A stretch of 64,000 nt of DNA from Thalia democratica (lineage: Eukaryota). The translations under genes and the position numbers were made by a program. The DNA lies in contig OZ241829.1 of NCBI GenBank assembly GCA_965202585.1, positions 6,634,001 to 6,698,000 of the forward strand. The letters run 5' to 3'. A model generated the notes under the pieces. That model was given only the letters and a program-made list of their open reading frames with translations, was not told where the DNA came from and ran no database searches. Below, in pieces: positions 1 to 14,900 of the stretch; the stretch's first letter is position 1; every line of letters starts with the position of its first letter.

Positions 1-1063
1 TTTTACATTAAAAACTTATAAGTTATTTACTTGGATTTTCTAAACATAGTTAAGTCTGACTGTTTTTTGCTTTTACTATAACAATTTAATTTGCAAATTT
101 AGTCTACATAAGTCTACAAACGTTTTAATGTGCGAACTAATAACTTACTGTGTTAAAAAAACTTCTTAAATATAAAAACTTTATTTTTTGTATAAGTCTG
201 TTAAGTATTGCATATAAAACACTTTATTCGTAACACTCCTTAAAGTATGCTTTGTAATTTTCTGATTTTGAACATGCATGAAAGTAATTTGCTACATAAT
301 GGCACCAATTTTAATGTGAATATACATTTGCAGATTTATATTCTCCTATGTTTTTAATGTTAAAGTATGTGGAATATTTTTAAACTATGAGATGAAGTTT
401 TAAGGAAAGTCGTTTTTAAGTGTTTTCCAAGGTTATAAATTACTATAAGTTTTGGCAAAGATTGAAAAATAACTTTGGCAATTATGCAAATTTTTACGGT
501 TTTTAATTCGTGATTTGAACACCTTTTATCAATTTTGCCGATCTTTCAAATTGTTGCGAAGGCAATTTTGGGTTTACAAGAATTTTCTTTCACTTTAAGA
601 CCAAATTTGAAAGTTAAAATTTGATCATATTAATACCAAGTCACGGTAAAAATTATGAAAAGAAAATACTAATGCAACTTCTAACTTTTAACTTGAAAAT
701 TCATAATAATACTTTATAAATTATTCGTAAACTAATATTATAGTGTTGTTAGATAATTTGCCACATATATGCAATGTTTTAAGTGTTTAAATTTCGAAGT
801 TGCATGAATTTTTGTTGTTTTCACATTTTGATTAAATTGAAAGTGATAATTTCTATAGTTAAAACGTTTTTTTATTTTTCATATACTACTGAAAACTTAA
901 ACTACACCACACGAACAAATATAAACAAGACCGTAGAAACAGTTTCAAAGCATTAACTACGCGATTTAACTACAGTTTTGCATTAACACTGTTTATTAAT
1001 TTAAAAAAAAAGTAAAGTTAAAATTTGTAAAATAAAACAACAATTCACTACTAATTCACCCAC

Positions 1064-2927
1064 CTAAATTAAAAAGGTTGTAGAACGTAGATTCTCCAGT
1101 GTTCGTGTCTTCGATTGTGCAGTTGAAACCGTCGACGAAACCCTTGTCAACTGTAAACGTCACGAACGTTTCGTTCAACGTGACGTCATAATGCGGTTGG
1201 AGAGAAACTGAACTTGCTTCGAGCGGTCCTGTTAATAATAGATTTTTTTTACTGCTGAAATTATAAGAATATTTCATTTAGAAAACAATGGTGTACCAAA
1301 GTGCGTAATTAACAAATTTATACTTAATTGGAAAAGCACAGGCTTTTATGTATAAAGACTAACTGTTTTGAGTATGAACTTTTAAAGTTTTCATACTTTA
1401 TGATAAAAGTAAATAAATAACTTAAATATAATAAATAAATATTTGTATACATATAACTCAAATGGGTGTGAACAACATAAGGTTCTTCGCTGTACAATAG
1501 CTATGTACAGCAAAATATTTAAAAATGCATAAATTCCAAAAACTAACTGAGGTGGGTGTGAATTACTAGAGGTTCTTCACTGTATGTCTTTCCAATGGCG
1601 TATTTAACTTGGAACACCAGTTTGTTGCCGGGAAGATCCGGAAGTGATTCCTCGAAGAACCGGTAGTTTGCGTGTCCACGGATGAGCGAGGAATCGATCA
1701 GGTAAAATCCGTATTGTTTGTGCGCAGCGTGCAATGTGAACCTGCGAGAAAGATTGTCCGTTAGTAAATAGTTGTTATTTCTAAAAAAACACATTTCTAT
1801 TTTTCAGGTATTTTGTAATTTTTGTTTAAAGTTAAGCTAAAGTTGAGTTTAAAGAATAAAAAAGTTTCTAGTATGTGTATAAGTGTTAGCTGTAACTATT
1901 AACTTTTAAAAGTTTTGAACATATATCCATGTTTGTGAATCTATGTACGTACTTATTTTTATCCAGGTCTTACTGTTTTGTCTAGTAAACACGAAGTCAC
2001 ATTTTGAAAACTTACTCAGTTTTCACAACATCAAGAACTTATCAAGTTTTAGCTAAATTATAATAAAGTGTTAATTCAAACTTACAAAGTTTTGTCAATG
2101 TCCAGCACATTTGAAGGTTTTTTAAGGAACAGTTCGGCCCAGTCACGACCAGTGTCAACTCTTCCGGTTGGGTTTGGCGTTGGGTCTGGTTAATAAATAA
2201 AAATTAAATAAAAATTATAAATTTATAAAAACACATTTTATAAATAATCTTAATAAGTGGTTGTTAAAGATTTCACCATGATTTTTGTACAAAATTGTTT
2301 TTTTGATTTTTCTGAAACAGTTACAAAAAAAAAGGTTTAGAAAAATTTCACGTATGTAAAAGTTTTGTTGCAAAGTAAAACCGCAAATTATATGTTTACG
2401 TTGTAGCACATATCTCATTTACGCTCAATTAAGTATAATGTTGCAGGTAGATATTTATCAATTACTTCTGTCAACAGCAAATAAGTTCGAATACAAGTAT
2501 ATCTACATTCACCGTTTAAATACAAATTATGATACCTTAATACGTATTTAAAAAAAAAAGTTTGAACTGATGTCAGTTGTTATAATATAATGTACATACA
2601 GATCAAAATACATATAAAACTTTTAAACGAAGAAATATATTTTAGAAGTTACTAAAAACTTACCAATATCAACAGTTCCAATAATTTCTTCATATTCCCT
2701 CCTGCCCACTTTAGCACTCATTATGACATCATAACTAGCACCAGGCTTCAGACCATTGAATACATGGTTTACCTCGCTGTTTCCATTGAACTCTTTTTGT
2801 TCGATGACGTCTCCATTCTGTGGCACGATTGAGATTGTGACGTCATTATCAGTGGTTATGACGTAATCGACTCGCAATGACGTGCTGTCGACGACGGAGA
2901 CGCTGCCGCTTCCAAAATCGAACTTTT
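1064..2927 (-). CDS. X and Y type domains plus last visible exon (exons 2664-2927, 2086-2185, 1548-1741, 1064-1228)
   Basis: FDFGSG...GLKPGASYDVI; PTPNPTGRV; FQVKYAIG. The last exon ends in phase 1 (TTAG|GTGGGT) and no next exon was recognised in 1-1063. Confidence 0.75.
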
Positions 2928-5900
2928 CTGTTTTAATGTTAAACATACCATTGTTTTTAAATTGATGTTTATAGACCGTAAAAACTATTGGTTGCTTTTA
3001 TCTTAAGCTACTGTTAATTGATTTCGTAAAACTTAAAACATTGTTCTGTATTTTAAACAGCAGTACATAGTTGTCGTCGTATTAGATACAAGCCATTTTC
3101 AACAGATAAACAGCTCAAAAATTAAAATTTTTGAATAATTTTCAATAAAACTGACCGGTTTTAAATGCACCGATGAAAGGCTTGGATATTTTATCGTTGG
3201 CAACAGCGTACATGTTGAAAATGAATCTGGTCCCGTGCCTGAAACCATTCTTGTTTCGCGACTCCAACAAGTAATCCGATACCTGTGTAGTTGTATAAAG
3301 AATATTGATAAATTTTAAAAAGTTTGAAAGTTCTGTAATTGGTTTGAAAAAAAAGTTCAAGGTATTAACCTGTAATTGTTTTTCTTTAACTTTAAAGTTT
3401 TGCAAAATAGTTTGAACACGTCTAATTTTGAATAAGAATTGATAATTTTGTTTAGATCATAAGTTTAGTAAAACACTAGAACAGTTTAAAAAAAACAAAA
3501 ACTAACAGATTCCTGGTCAACGATGTCGCCTTGAATTCTCTCGAAATGTGCGAACCTGTACACGTCGCGCTGGTTGGCGTATATGACGTAATAATCGACT
3601 TTTCCCGGCTGACGCTGCCAGTTGAACGTGACGTCATTGGACGTTACGCTCGGCTGCACACGAACTATTCTCGGTGGGGCTGAGAAATATTTTAATTTGA
3701 AATAATACAATTATAAAATTTTAGAGCTGTTTATAGTAGGTAGAAATACAAACGGCACAAAACTTAAATATTAAAATTTACAAAGACTAAATACGTTTTT
3801 ACGTTCCAAAAATAATTTTAAACTTTATGTAGTTGTTTAAAAATTTTAGTTGTTTATTGAATATATGTTGTTAATTTAAACTTAATAGTTAACGGGCACA
3901 AATCAAATAAATTTATAAACTAACACATGCCGACGGTTTCAACGATTCTTGGGGGTGTCGGTTCTCCAGCGTCATCTAGCGAATAAAATACGTCGTAAAC
4001 TGCTCCGAATTCCAAATCGGTGAAATTGACCTGAAATGTATAGTTGCCGTTGATTAGTAAAAACACTTATTTTCAAGTAAGATATTTAGTTTTTTATTGT
4101 AGTACATGCAAAAGTTAAAACATTTTCATACTGTTATTTTTAGGTACAGAATAGTAAAATGATAAGCTAAAAGAATACAAGATAAACACTTTGAGTTATA
4201 TATCTTCAGTTATTATTACTTTATGTTACTCACACATATAGATGACCAAATGTAAACCGAAACCTAATTGGTAAAATAGAAAAACTTTAAACAGACAAAC
4301 CTGATCGGTGGTTGTCACGTTTGCCATCTTTTCAGCCACAGTGACGTTGTTTTCGTCCCTCAAACTCAAGTACACGATCTTGTCTCTCAGATCCACCTTG
4401 CCTCTCTCCTTCACCTGCACAGTGATCTCTCCTCTCTCGCTTTCGAACGCCGAGAAGAACTCGTGCGTGTGCCGCATGTGAAAGGGAAGCGCTGAGAGAA
4501 GTTTTTGAATTAAAAAAAATAACAATAATATACGGAGAACTTGGTTATTCGTACCCGTTTTAAAGAATGGCTGCGACAAATATAGAACTTCTTTGTAAAC
4601 AACCTCAAAGGAAACAATTTAAAAATTAAGTGTAGTTTTCATTAATGAATAAGTTAAGATAATGCTAAATGTGTGTAATTGCGTGTAAGAAAATAGAGAA
4701 ATGTTCTAGAAATCATACACATGTAAATTTAATAAAAGCTTTTGTATTTTCTAATAATAAAAAAAAAACTCACTGTTGCTGTAATTGAACCTCATGACGT
4801 CACTAACGACGTTTTCTCTCGTTTCAGTCGTCACTATGACGTCATAATCGGTGTCTCTCATCACGTCAGTTTGATTGAACTCTATCGTTGAATCATTTGA
4901 TGGTGTTATCTGTTTTAATTGGTTGTTGTTAATTGTGAAAAGACAATGTCAAACTTTAAGTACCATCCGTTTTGTTAAAGCTTTTTTTTTTGATATGAAC
5001 AAACTTTTTTCAAAAATTAATGAAATACTTTAATAAAAAAGATGTAAATATTTTATAAATAATTAGTACCATGTCTTGAGTACATTAGCTAAAAAGTAAA
5101 TGCACATTGTCTTGACGTTTAGTTTAACAAGTTAAACAAACCTCTTGCTGGAAAACTGCGACTTCATCGTCGCCGTAACTTGCAATCACCCTGACGTTGA
5201 CCCTGTTGTAAAAAGAGGGGCTTTCCGGGGTCTGAAACCTCCAAAGAACTGCGTTATCTCCCTCTTCCACGGGGCTTCCACTCTCGACCCTGGGTGGCGG
5301 AGAGTAGAGTTTCACGGGTTCCTCCTCGTTAGGGTACTTCCCTTTTTCGGGGAATTTCTCGTCGTCGGATTTGGAGTATCGTGACGTCACCACACTGTAC
5401 ACCTCGCCCGGAACTAAGTATTCGAACCTGAGGAGAAAAGGAGATGAAATTAATTTTATAAAAGTATAAAAACTGCTTGATAGCATCAGCAATTGTTTTG
5501 ACAAATACTACTACGGAAATATTCAAAAATACAATGTTTAACATCTTCGCAAAGCTAGTTTGATCAAAATAAATTTATTAATCTTAATTACTCACGTGGC
5601 CGATCTGTTCTTCCCGTCAGCTGTCTTGTTCCTCACGTCAAGTTCGTTCTTTTCTCCGAACAGCATGATCATGTACTCCCAACTGTCGTCATCTTCCGTG
5701 ACGTCATCTCTGACTGTGACGTCGACGCTGTATTGTGACGTCACGTTGCCCACGGTGGTTTCGGCGGGAGGCAGGTTTTCTGATTGAAATGTAATGTTTA
5801 AAATTTGTTACTACTTGATATATATCACCTAATTGGTTTTCTATGCGACGTGTGGTAATAGTCAAATGTTTTTTTTTTTGATATATCTGTGTTTGAATTA

Positions 5901-8900
5901 ATGAATTTGATCTCAACTGTCATTTGTAAACTTTTTTTAACTTGATGTTCATAGCATCAAAAACTCTAGTTTCATTTATTTGCTTGTTAAATACTTTTTA
6001 TGTAAAACTAGTAATCAAAGTTGTTCGTTGAGAAAACGTAAATTGAAAAACAAAACATTAATTTTCGTACCTCTGCTAAAAGTAGTTTGTGTTAAAACAT
6101 TTATACTGAAAATGAATAGTTATAACTCACTGGTTGCAACTTCGACTCGAGTCTTTTCTCCCTCCAGCCCGCTCTTGCTCACGCTGAAAACTTCTATGAC
6201 GTAATTCGTATTCCAGTCCATGTACTCCAGCTTGAAGAAGTATATGACGTCATCGGAAGTTCGCATCAGTTTAATTTCGTTATAGTCATTCTTTCTTTCT
6301 AAGTTTTCGTACCTGGAATAGAAATAATATTAAGCTTAAGAACGAACTATTGTTGAAAAACTAGTGACAAAAATTTGCTTGTTGTGGTGAAAATGTTGAT
6401 TGCCTTTTAACTATATATATACAAACGTACACAATATACTGACTTTTGTTGCAAACTTTTGAAGTGTTTTCTAAATTTAAAATGAATGTGTTTTAAAGTA
6501 CTAATGGTAATGTTTTATAAGTGTAAAGTTAAAGTAGATTTATAGTTCTTCTACTATGTGTTTTTATACTAAGAGTACTTTGGTTTGTAATGTAAGCATA
6601 AACTAGCAGTAATGACTATTTAAGTAAAGAAGTAAAAACAGACCACAAAACATATTAGTAAGTTAATTAATAAAAGTTTACTACCTCAGTATGACGTGGC
6701 TGAAGTTCGATTGTGACGTAGGTGAAGCGGAAACGTCGATCCTGTTGTACGTGACGTCATCAATTTCTATTGTGAGCGGTGCGGGTGCTTTAAAAATATT
6801 GTATAAAGTTAGCTTGGTATATCAGCACTTTGGTGTACAAACACAACTTATATTATTAGAGCTGCTGTGAACAACTAAATTAGCAGAGAAAAAAAATTAC
6901 CTTAAAAACTACTTAAAGTCAATTTTTAAACATTTTAAACTTTTTGATTTTAACCGCCGTATCAATAAGAGCTGTTAAAGTTAACACCAAAGAAGTTATT
7001 TCTTGAACTAAAACACACAAAATAAACTTTTGCTTGGTACAGCTGTTTCTGCGTTTAATACGCGTCTTCAGCCAAGTTTTATTCAACGAAAAGCAAAGTA
7101 CAGCAATAAAATTATACAAAATTAGGTATTACGTAATAATAGAATAGTTAGTTGATTTTAGACAAAATCAGAATAGTATATATATATATATATATACACT
7201 TATACTAACACTTACCTGTCTCAACTTCATCGACTAGCTCCCACTCGCTTTCTATGTTGCTCCTGACTCCCTTCACGAACACCTGGTATTCCACGCCATA
7301 CGTCAGGTTGAACCAGTAGTATGTCAAGGTGGCTTCGTCGTGACTTTCTGGGATACTCACAACCTGAAAGGTACGAACATCAAAATGATATTTTAAATTC
7401 GAATTTTCGATTTGCAGCCAAATGTTTTCGTCTTGGTGAAACTAACTTCACTCGTAAGACCTTCATTTTGAAGGGGTAATGTTAGTGTTTGTTTGGCCCA
7501 CATGTCAAAAGTGTTGAGAATTTTAAGCAAGAAATTGTTTTAAGTCGCAAAGTAACTGTTTGAAACAAGTTAAGATATTTTAATCATTACTCGGTTGTTT
7601 TTTTGCTCAAAAAACACTGTTTAAGAACTTTTAAATCTTCATAATACAAATTAAAAACAACTGTTAGTTTTTTGCTGTTGTACTAGTTGTACAAATAAAA
7701 ACTGTATAAGTGTAACTAAAAATAAAAGCACATTTAAACTGGTTACTAAATAAACGAAACAACTATACCTTTGTTTCATCTTCGCCGTTCTCACTCCTGA
7801 CACGAAGGTGGAACTCGTTGAACTGGTTATCAACGTCGGTTTCCATGGTAACCATCAGGTGGCGGGTTCCGAACAACGACACCGAAGTTGAAGGGGCGTC
7901 CATGGATTCTGGATGAAATTTTACTTTAGAAATATTTAGTAGGACTGTGCTATTTCGTTTTTTTTTTGTTGAAAGATTCGAAAAGCTTAATGTTAAAGCA
8001 AAAGACTTTCATCAAATGTAAAAAAATATTTTTATATTGGTTTGAATTAAAAAGTTGATAATATAAATAAAAAGTTGGTTAAGATATAAATTCTAAAACA
8101 AACCAAGTCTATCTTCAACGAGCAGCGGATTCTTGCTCCTGACTCCGTTGACTTCATAGGAAATTTCAAACATGACGTCATCATTTGCGTAGTCGCTCGG
8201 AATTTCGTTGATGAAATAGGTGGGATCGGTGAAATTTGTTTCGTAGGAGGAAATTTCCCTCTTTTCTCCAGTCGCTTTGTCCACGTGGTATAAGTTTACC
8301 CTGTTTATGTAAGTTTATGAAAACAATAAACTTAATTATTTTCTGTAATTATTTAATTTCTAGTGAGGCTTTTTGGCAAAGAAATTCTAAAGTTGCTATG
8401 TTTTACAATCTTAATAAAAAGTGTTTCTTTTTAACTAGATAAGGTAGAAAAAGCCTACTTAAAAATCAGAATTCTCAGTTTTAAAAAGCACTTTTAAACC
8501 AAAACGCTTATACCCACAATAAGGTACCGAGCTACGCTACTTACCTGACAGAATCAATTTTGTCGTATATTTCCGGTTCGGGGTGAGTGAAAAATATCTC
8601 GGCCGAGTCTGTTGTCGTGAGCACTTCCGCTACTGGTGTTGGCACGAAATCTGTTTGAAAAGTTATACTTTATATTTTCTACTGTAGAAAAATATTTCAG
8701 TTTTTGTGAGTTTTTCCTGAACAGTTTCATGGTCGCAGTATGCACATAAACTATAACTGTATAAAAGAAAAACTTAAAAAATACAAAGCCTAGGTTATCA
8801 ACTTAAACAAATATAATTAAACATCTAACCTGTCTTCACATTGTCGAACATTTTGTAGAACTCTTCGCCGTTGCGCTCAACCTCCACCACGAACACGTAC

Positions 8901-11900
8901 TCTTTATCCGGAACCAGATCCTCGAAGACGTGCATTATGACGTCATAGTCGTCGCCGAACTCCTCCTCACCCACTCGAGTGAGGCCGGTGACGTCAGCGG
9001 TGACGAGTTTTATGGTGACCCTGTCGCTTCCTGGGTTCAGCGTGTACTTGACGCCCACGGAGTCCATTGAGGTCTGGTACTCTACCTCTCCGAAATCGAA
9101 CTCGCCTTTGGGAAAAATCAAGTAACAATTTATAACGTTGTGAAAAGTACAGAGTGAAGAAAAGTTGAAGGAGTTGATGTTTTAGACTGTTACGGTTTAG
9201 TTCGAAACACTATGGCTTGTTTCCTTTGAAAAAGTCATAAAATGATGAAACCTTAGCATAAACTTAATATGTTTAGCTTAATATCGGTAAAGTTTAAAAT
9301 ATTTTCTAGTGTCAAACTCATCGTAGTTGGTCTATTAAAATATAACTTTGGTTTTTATAACATTTGTTTTAGATAAGGAATAAAACTACTTGTGAAAGTG
9401 TTTCTAAAACTTTGAAAACATTTTATAAGGTCAAAACAATTCTCACCGATTGCAACTTGCTCGACAAAGTACCAAGGTCCCTCGACTCTTCCGTCATTTT
9501 CCTTCACAAAAATATTCTGGACTTCCCCAAAACCGAGAACGCCCCACTCGTATTCAAAGTAAGAACCAGGGCCGACGTCGGTGGGAATCTGGAAAGATCT
9601 GGTTTGGTTGATGCCGAATTCGTCCACCAGTTTCAGTTGGAATCTGGTTGGAAGTGTCAATGAATGAATGTATAATTATACTAATGTGCACAACTTTTAC
9701 AATTTGTTTACGAGATGAGTTGTTGTAATTTATGAGATTACGTGTCTTGTACAAGATGAGGTTTAACATACAAAGACAGGCATCAATACTAGCTACTACA
9801 TTATATAACGATATTCAAATTTGTTTTCAAAGTAAACTTTAAATTTAGGAACTATTTCAGCATAAGCACGTTCATATATTTGTATAACTTTAGAATTAAA
9901 AAAAAAGTATTTCATTGTTATATGTTCAGTTTATAAGTAGAAAAACTGTGGCCATCAACAAAAATTTTCATACATTATAATTTTAGGACTTATATCTTGA
10001 TCTCAGGTATTTTTAAACGTTCTAGTTTATTTTATTTTAGTTCACTTACTTGTTGTTTTTATTGTCTTCAGTTGCTTTTATCTTAATCCTGAGGAAGTTT
10101 TCATCGTCAACTGATACAATTGCATTAGGTTTTTCTAAGTTCTCTGAGAGTAAATTAACTTGTTTTAAAAAATATTTAGTTTACAGGTGTACACATACTT
10201 TTAGAAACCACTTAATTATTTTTTTTTTTGTTTCAACAATATTTTAAAATATAACTATTTAATCTTTAAAATAGTGTACGGGCTCTGAAACTATACGAAA
10301 GTTTTAGGTTCGAATGTTGCAAATAAGTACGAAATAGTTACTGCCGACTACAAACTAAACAACTTGAGATTTAAAAGCCGTTTTAAATTCAAACCAATCA
10401 ACATATAAAAACTGACTCATTTCAACTTCAATGTACAGCGGCTGCCTTGATATGACCTCATCAACAACGTAATACACGTAGAACAACAACGTTCTGCCGG
10501 CGTACTGAGACAAGTCGTCGTAGTACTTGTTCAGCACGACCCCGCGCATTACGTCATCAGATACCAAATCAGGTACCGGGTTGCCGTCGTCACGTTTCAA
10601 GAATACATAGAACCTGTGTGAAATTTTATTTAAAAAAAAAGGTACTTTTTAGTCAAAAAAGTAGTATAAAGACTAACGCAAGGTTTTTTTATTTTAGTCA
10701 TTTTTTAATACAAAGTCTCAAATAAATGCTAGTTGTACATTCAAAACACCATTATTTATCGTTTTCAACAATATTTTTTAAACTTTTGAGGTGAAGAAAT
10801 ACAAACTTACTACAACATTGAAATATTATATGATTACGTTAAAATAGAGTTTTAATAAAAACTTTTGTCATCTGCAGCATTACAACTATTCTAATAAAAA
10901 TAGTGCATAATATTGACAAAATTCAATACCTTGTAAAGTCGATAGTATCAGTTATATTTGGATCAGCAAGGATTACTTCAGCTGTTTCGTTTGAATTTTT
11001 GACTTCACCAACTGGCGTGGGTGGGTAGGCTGTGTACAAAAAAAATAATTTTATCAATGTTTTCACCTTAAAAATTTGTTAATAAATCTTTAAATACGTT
11101 TAGTTTTTAATATTTTAGACGAAACAGGATATAAGTATTTACTTTTTTATTTTGTATATATATATTTTTAATCAACACAGTAACTTCACATAAACAAAAA
11201 GCTTGGTAGGTGTAAATTAGTTTAAATCAACAAAAAGCTTGTCGTTGTCTTTATTTTCAAAAAAGTTCTCACCTGTTTCAACCGAGCCGATTTTTTCCGA
11301 ATAAGAATACCCGTCCTCGTTTGACTCTATTATGACGTCATAACCGCTTCCCGGTTTCAAGTTGACGAAATCGTGTGTGATGACGTCAAAGCCGTCGATG
11401 TCAATCGTGACGTCGTCTTGATCGGTCTGTGACGTCATGACCAACCGAAGCTTCACTTTGTCTACGTCGTCATGGAGATCGAAGTAAACGGAAACTGACG
11501 TCATGCCGGAAGTGACGTTGCCGTTTCCGAACACAAAGTCGCCTGCAACGTTTGTGAAATTTTCAAAAAGATGCTATTTTGTATCGATAGAAATAATACT
11601 TTTTACAAAAACTTTCTGTAGTTTTTTTTGTTTTGAATAAACTTAACAAATGTCATAAATGATATTTGCTTTAGTTTTATTCTCAAAACGTTTTAGAACT
11701 TATCGTACAAACCACTAGGAGTTTTACATAAAGTCAACAAAAAAACTTGTTTAAAACCTGTGGTAATCCCATCAACGAAATACCATGGGCCTTCAACTTT
11801 TCCATCGAATTCCTTAACCAGAACTCTGTAACTTTCTCCTTTTCTCAAGTTAGTCCAGTAATAATCGAAAGTATCGTCTCCATCGACAGTGAATTGTTTT

Positions 11901-14900
11901 ATTTGCTCGTTTCCATCTTCATCGACAAGTTTCAAGTAAAACTGGTTGTTTTTGTTGTTTTCAGTGAGTTTTATTGAGAGCTTCAGGTTATTTTCATCGT
12001 ACACTGTAGCTGATGCATCTGGCTCGTTAAGATCGTCTGTGGCATGAAGTATTTTTTGATAGAACCAAGCATATATGTGTTACTACACACAAAAAATAGG
12101 TGTTAATCAAAACACTGAAACATTGAAGTAAAAAGCTTAATGTACCTTGCTAAACTATTGTCTTAATTAATCTTTGTTTAAAGGAATGATTTCTATCTCT
12201 GTTTTGATCAACATTACTTGTTTTACACAAAACAATCTTTTCAAAGCATATAAGTGTTTTAAAACAATTCTCACCCAAATCAGCTTTCATGACAAGGGGA
12301 ACGCTGCTTTCGACTCCTCCAATCACATAGCTGACTGAAAACGCCATCTTTTTGTTGGCGAACGGAAGCAACACAGATTCATTGTAGTATTTATCCAGTA
12401 CTAATCCGTCCAAATAGTTCAAATTCACAAGATTTGTGACCTCTCCGCTTTCGTCGACCTCGTACAAAGAAAACCTGTTTATTTTAATTGAGTTGAATAT
12501 TTATGAGGAATTTAAGTTAATTTTAAGCGGGCTTGGTGTTATAAAAAAATATTAAATTAAAAAAATAAGACTATTGCTATTAAACTGTAGTAGACAAACG
12601 AAAAGTTTCAATTCGGTTTTATTAAATTACAAATAGTGGATAAACATTGAAAATTATAAAAGCAGCTAAAAAAACCTTGTCTGATCAATAGTTTGTTTAA
12701 TATTCGGATCAACTAGGACAATATGAGCTGTCACATTTGATGTAGTAACTTCTCCTATTGGGGTTGGTGGGTAATCTATCAAAAGTTTCCAATTTTAATT
12801 TTCATATAAATATTGCTGGAACTTTAAGCTAAATAATGATTGAAATAAAAATTCCTTATTTTTAACATTTCTTTAAGTCGGTTATTCAAAGCTAAAAATG
12901 TATCATTTATATCCTACCTGTTGTAATAGTTCCTATGTTTTCCGAATAAAAGTATCCGTCCTCCGAAGTTTCAATTATGACGTCATGTAAGCTTCTAGGT
13001 TTCAAGTTAACAAAATCGTGAGTGATGACGTCAAATCCGTCAATGTCAATCGTGACGTCATCTTGGTAAGTGCTCACTAATCTGAGTTTCACTTTGTCCA
13101 CGTCGTCATGGAGATCGAAGTAAACGGAGACTGACGTCATGCCCGAAGTCAGGTTGCCTCTTCCGAAATTGAAGTTATCTGTGAAGTTAAATGAGTGAAT
13201 AAAGTTTAATTATTTTATTTTTTGTACAAATAAACTTTGAGATCAGTGCATATCTAGTGGTAATTTTTCTAAAAAAAACCAAGTTGTATCAACTTGAATG
13301 GATTATATTAAAATAGATTTAACTAAACATTTTTAATCGATTTATAAAGTATATCATGGTAAAACTAGTATGCTTTTCTTAAACATACCTGTGTTGACTT
13401 GATCAACGAAATACCAGGGGCCTTCTACTTGACCATCGAACTCTTTAATCAAAACTCTGTAACTTTCTCCTTTTCTGAGGCTAGTCCAGTAATAATCGAA
13501 AGTGTCGTCTCCATCGACAGTGAATTGTTTAATTTGTTCGTTTCCATCTTCATCGACAAGTTTCAAGTAAAACTGGTTGTTTTTGTTGTTTTTAGTGAGT
13601 TTTATTGAAACCTTGAGGTTATTTTCTTCGTACACAGAGGCTGACACGTCTGGTTTGTTAAGATTATCTGTAATAAAAAAATCAATAAATTAAAATTTGT
13701 TTTTATAGTACCCAATTTTGTTCGTGTCAATTAAAATATAGAAAATACTTGAGTAAAAATCACATTGTACTTTTCTGTATTGTAACAAAGTTGGTAAAGG
13801 TTTTAATAAAATTATTAGACAACATTTTATCAATAAGAACACACATCTGACATTTTATAAAAGTAGCATGCACCTATATTTGTTACAATTTATCTATATT
13901 AATTACAACGGTTTTTCAACAATAAACTAAAATAAGTGTCTCAAATTACAAAAATCTCACCCAAATCAGCTTTCATGACAAGGGGAACTTTGCTCTCAAT
14001 TCCTCCAATCACGTAGCTGACAGAAAACGCCATCTTTTTGTTGGCGAACGGAAGCAACACAGATTCGTTGTAGTATTTATCCAGTACTAATCCGTCCAAA
14101 TAGTTCAAATCCACAAGATTTGTGACCTCTCCGCTTTCGTTGACCTCGTACAAAGAAAACCTGTTTGTTTTAATTGAGTTGAGTATTTATGAGAAATTTA
14201 AGTTAATTTTAAGCGGGCTTGGTGTTATAAAAAAAATATTAAACTAAAAAAAAAACTATTGCTATTAAACTGTAGTAGACAAACGAAAAGTTTCAATTCG
14301 GTTTTATTAAATTACAAACAGTGGATAAACATTGAAAATTATAAAAACAGCTAAAAAAACCTTGTCTGATCAATAGTTTGTTTAATATTCGGATCAACTA
14401 GGACAATATGAGCTGTAACGTTTGATGTGGTAACTTCTCCTATTGGAGTTGGTGGGTAATCTGACGAAAATTTTGTTTAAACTACATACATATAAGTTTT
14501 ATAAACCTAAGGGTAAGTGTTTAACAAGATAATAATAATGTTTTTGTTTTATCTTGTTTCTTTAAATCTATCTATCAAGCTAAATAAATTATTGTATAAG
14601 TATTACCTGTCGTAATAGTTCCTATATTTTCCGAATAAAAGTATCCGTCTTCCGATGTTTCAATTATGACGTCATAAAAACTCCCTGGTTTCAAGTTGAC
14701 GAAATCGTGAGTGATGACGTCAAATCCGTCAATGTCAACAGTGACGTCATCTTGATAAATGCTCACTAGTCGAAGTTTCACTTTGTCTACGTCATCATAA
14801 AGATCGTAATAAACGGAAACTGACGTCAGATCTGAGGTCAGGTTGCCGCTTCCAAAGTTGAAGTTTTCTGTGAAACAACATTAGCTATAGGCATTAATCA

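Noticed and set aside
1-1063. Further exon in the leftmost kilobase
   Set aside because: No segment with a phase-1 acceptor, an open FN3-like frame and a donor could be supported.
6313-6684. Possible third duplication-type intron (AG|GTAGTAAACT vs AG|GTACGAAAACT)
   Set aside because: The match is short, gapped and A-rich, and there is no paralog lacking the intron for comparison.
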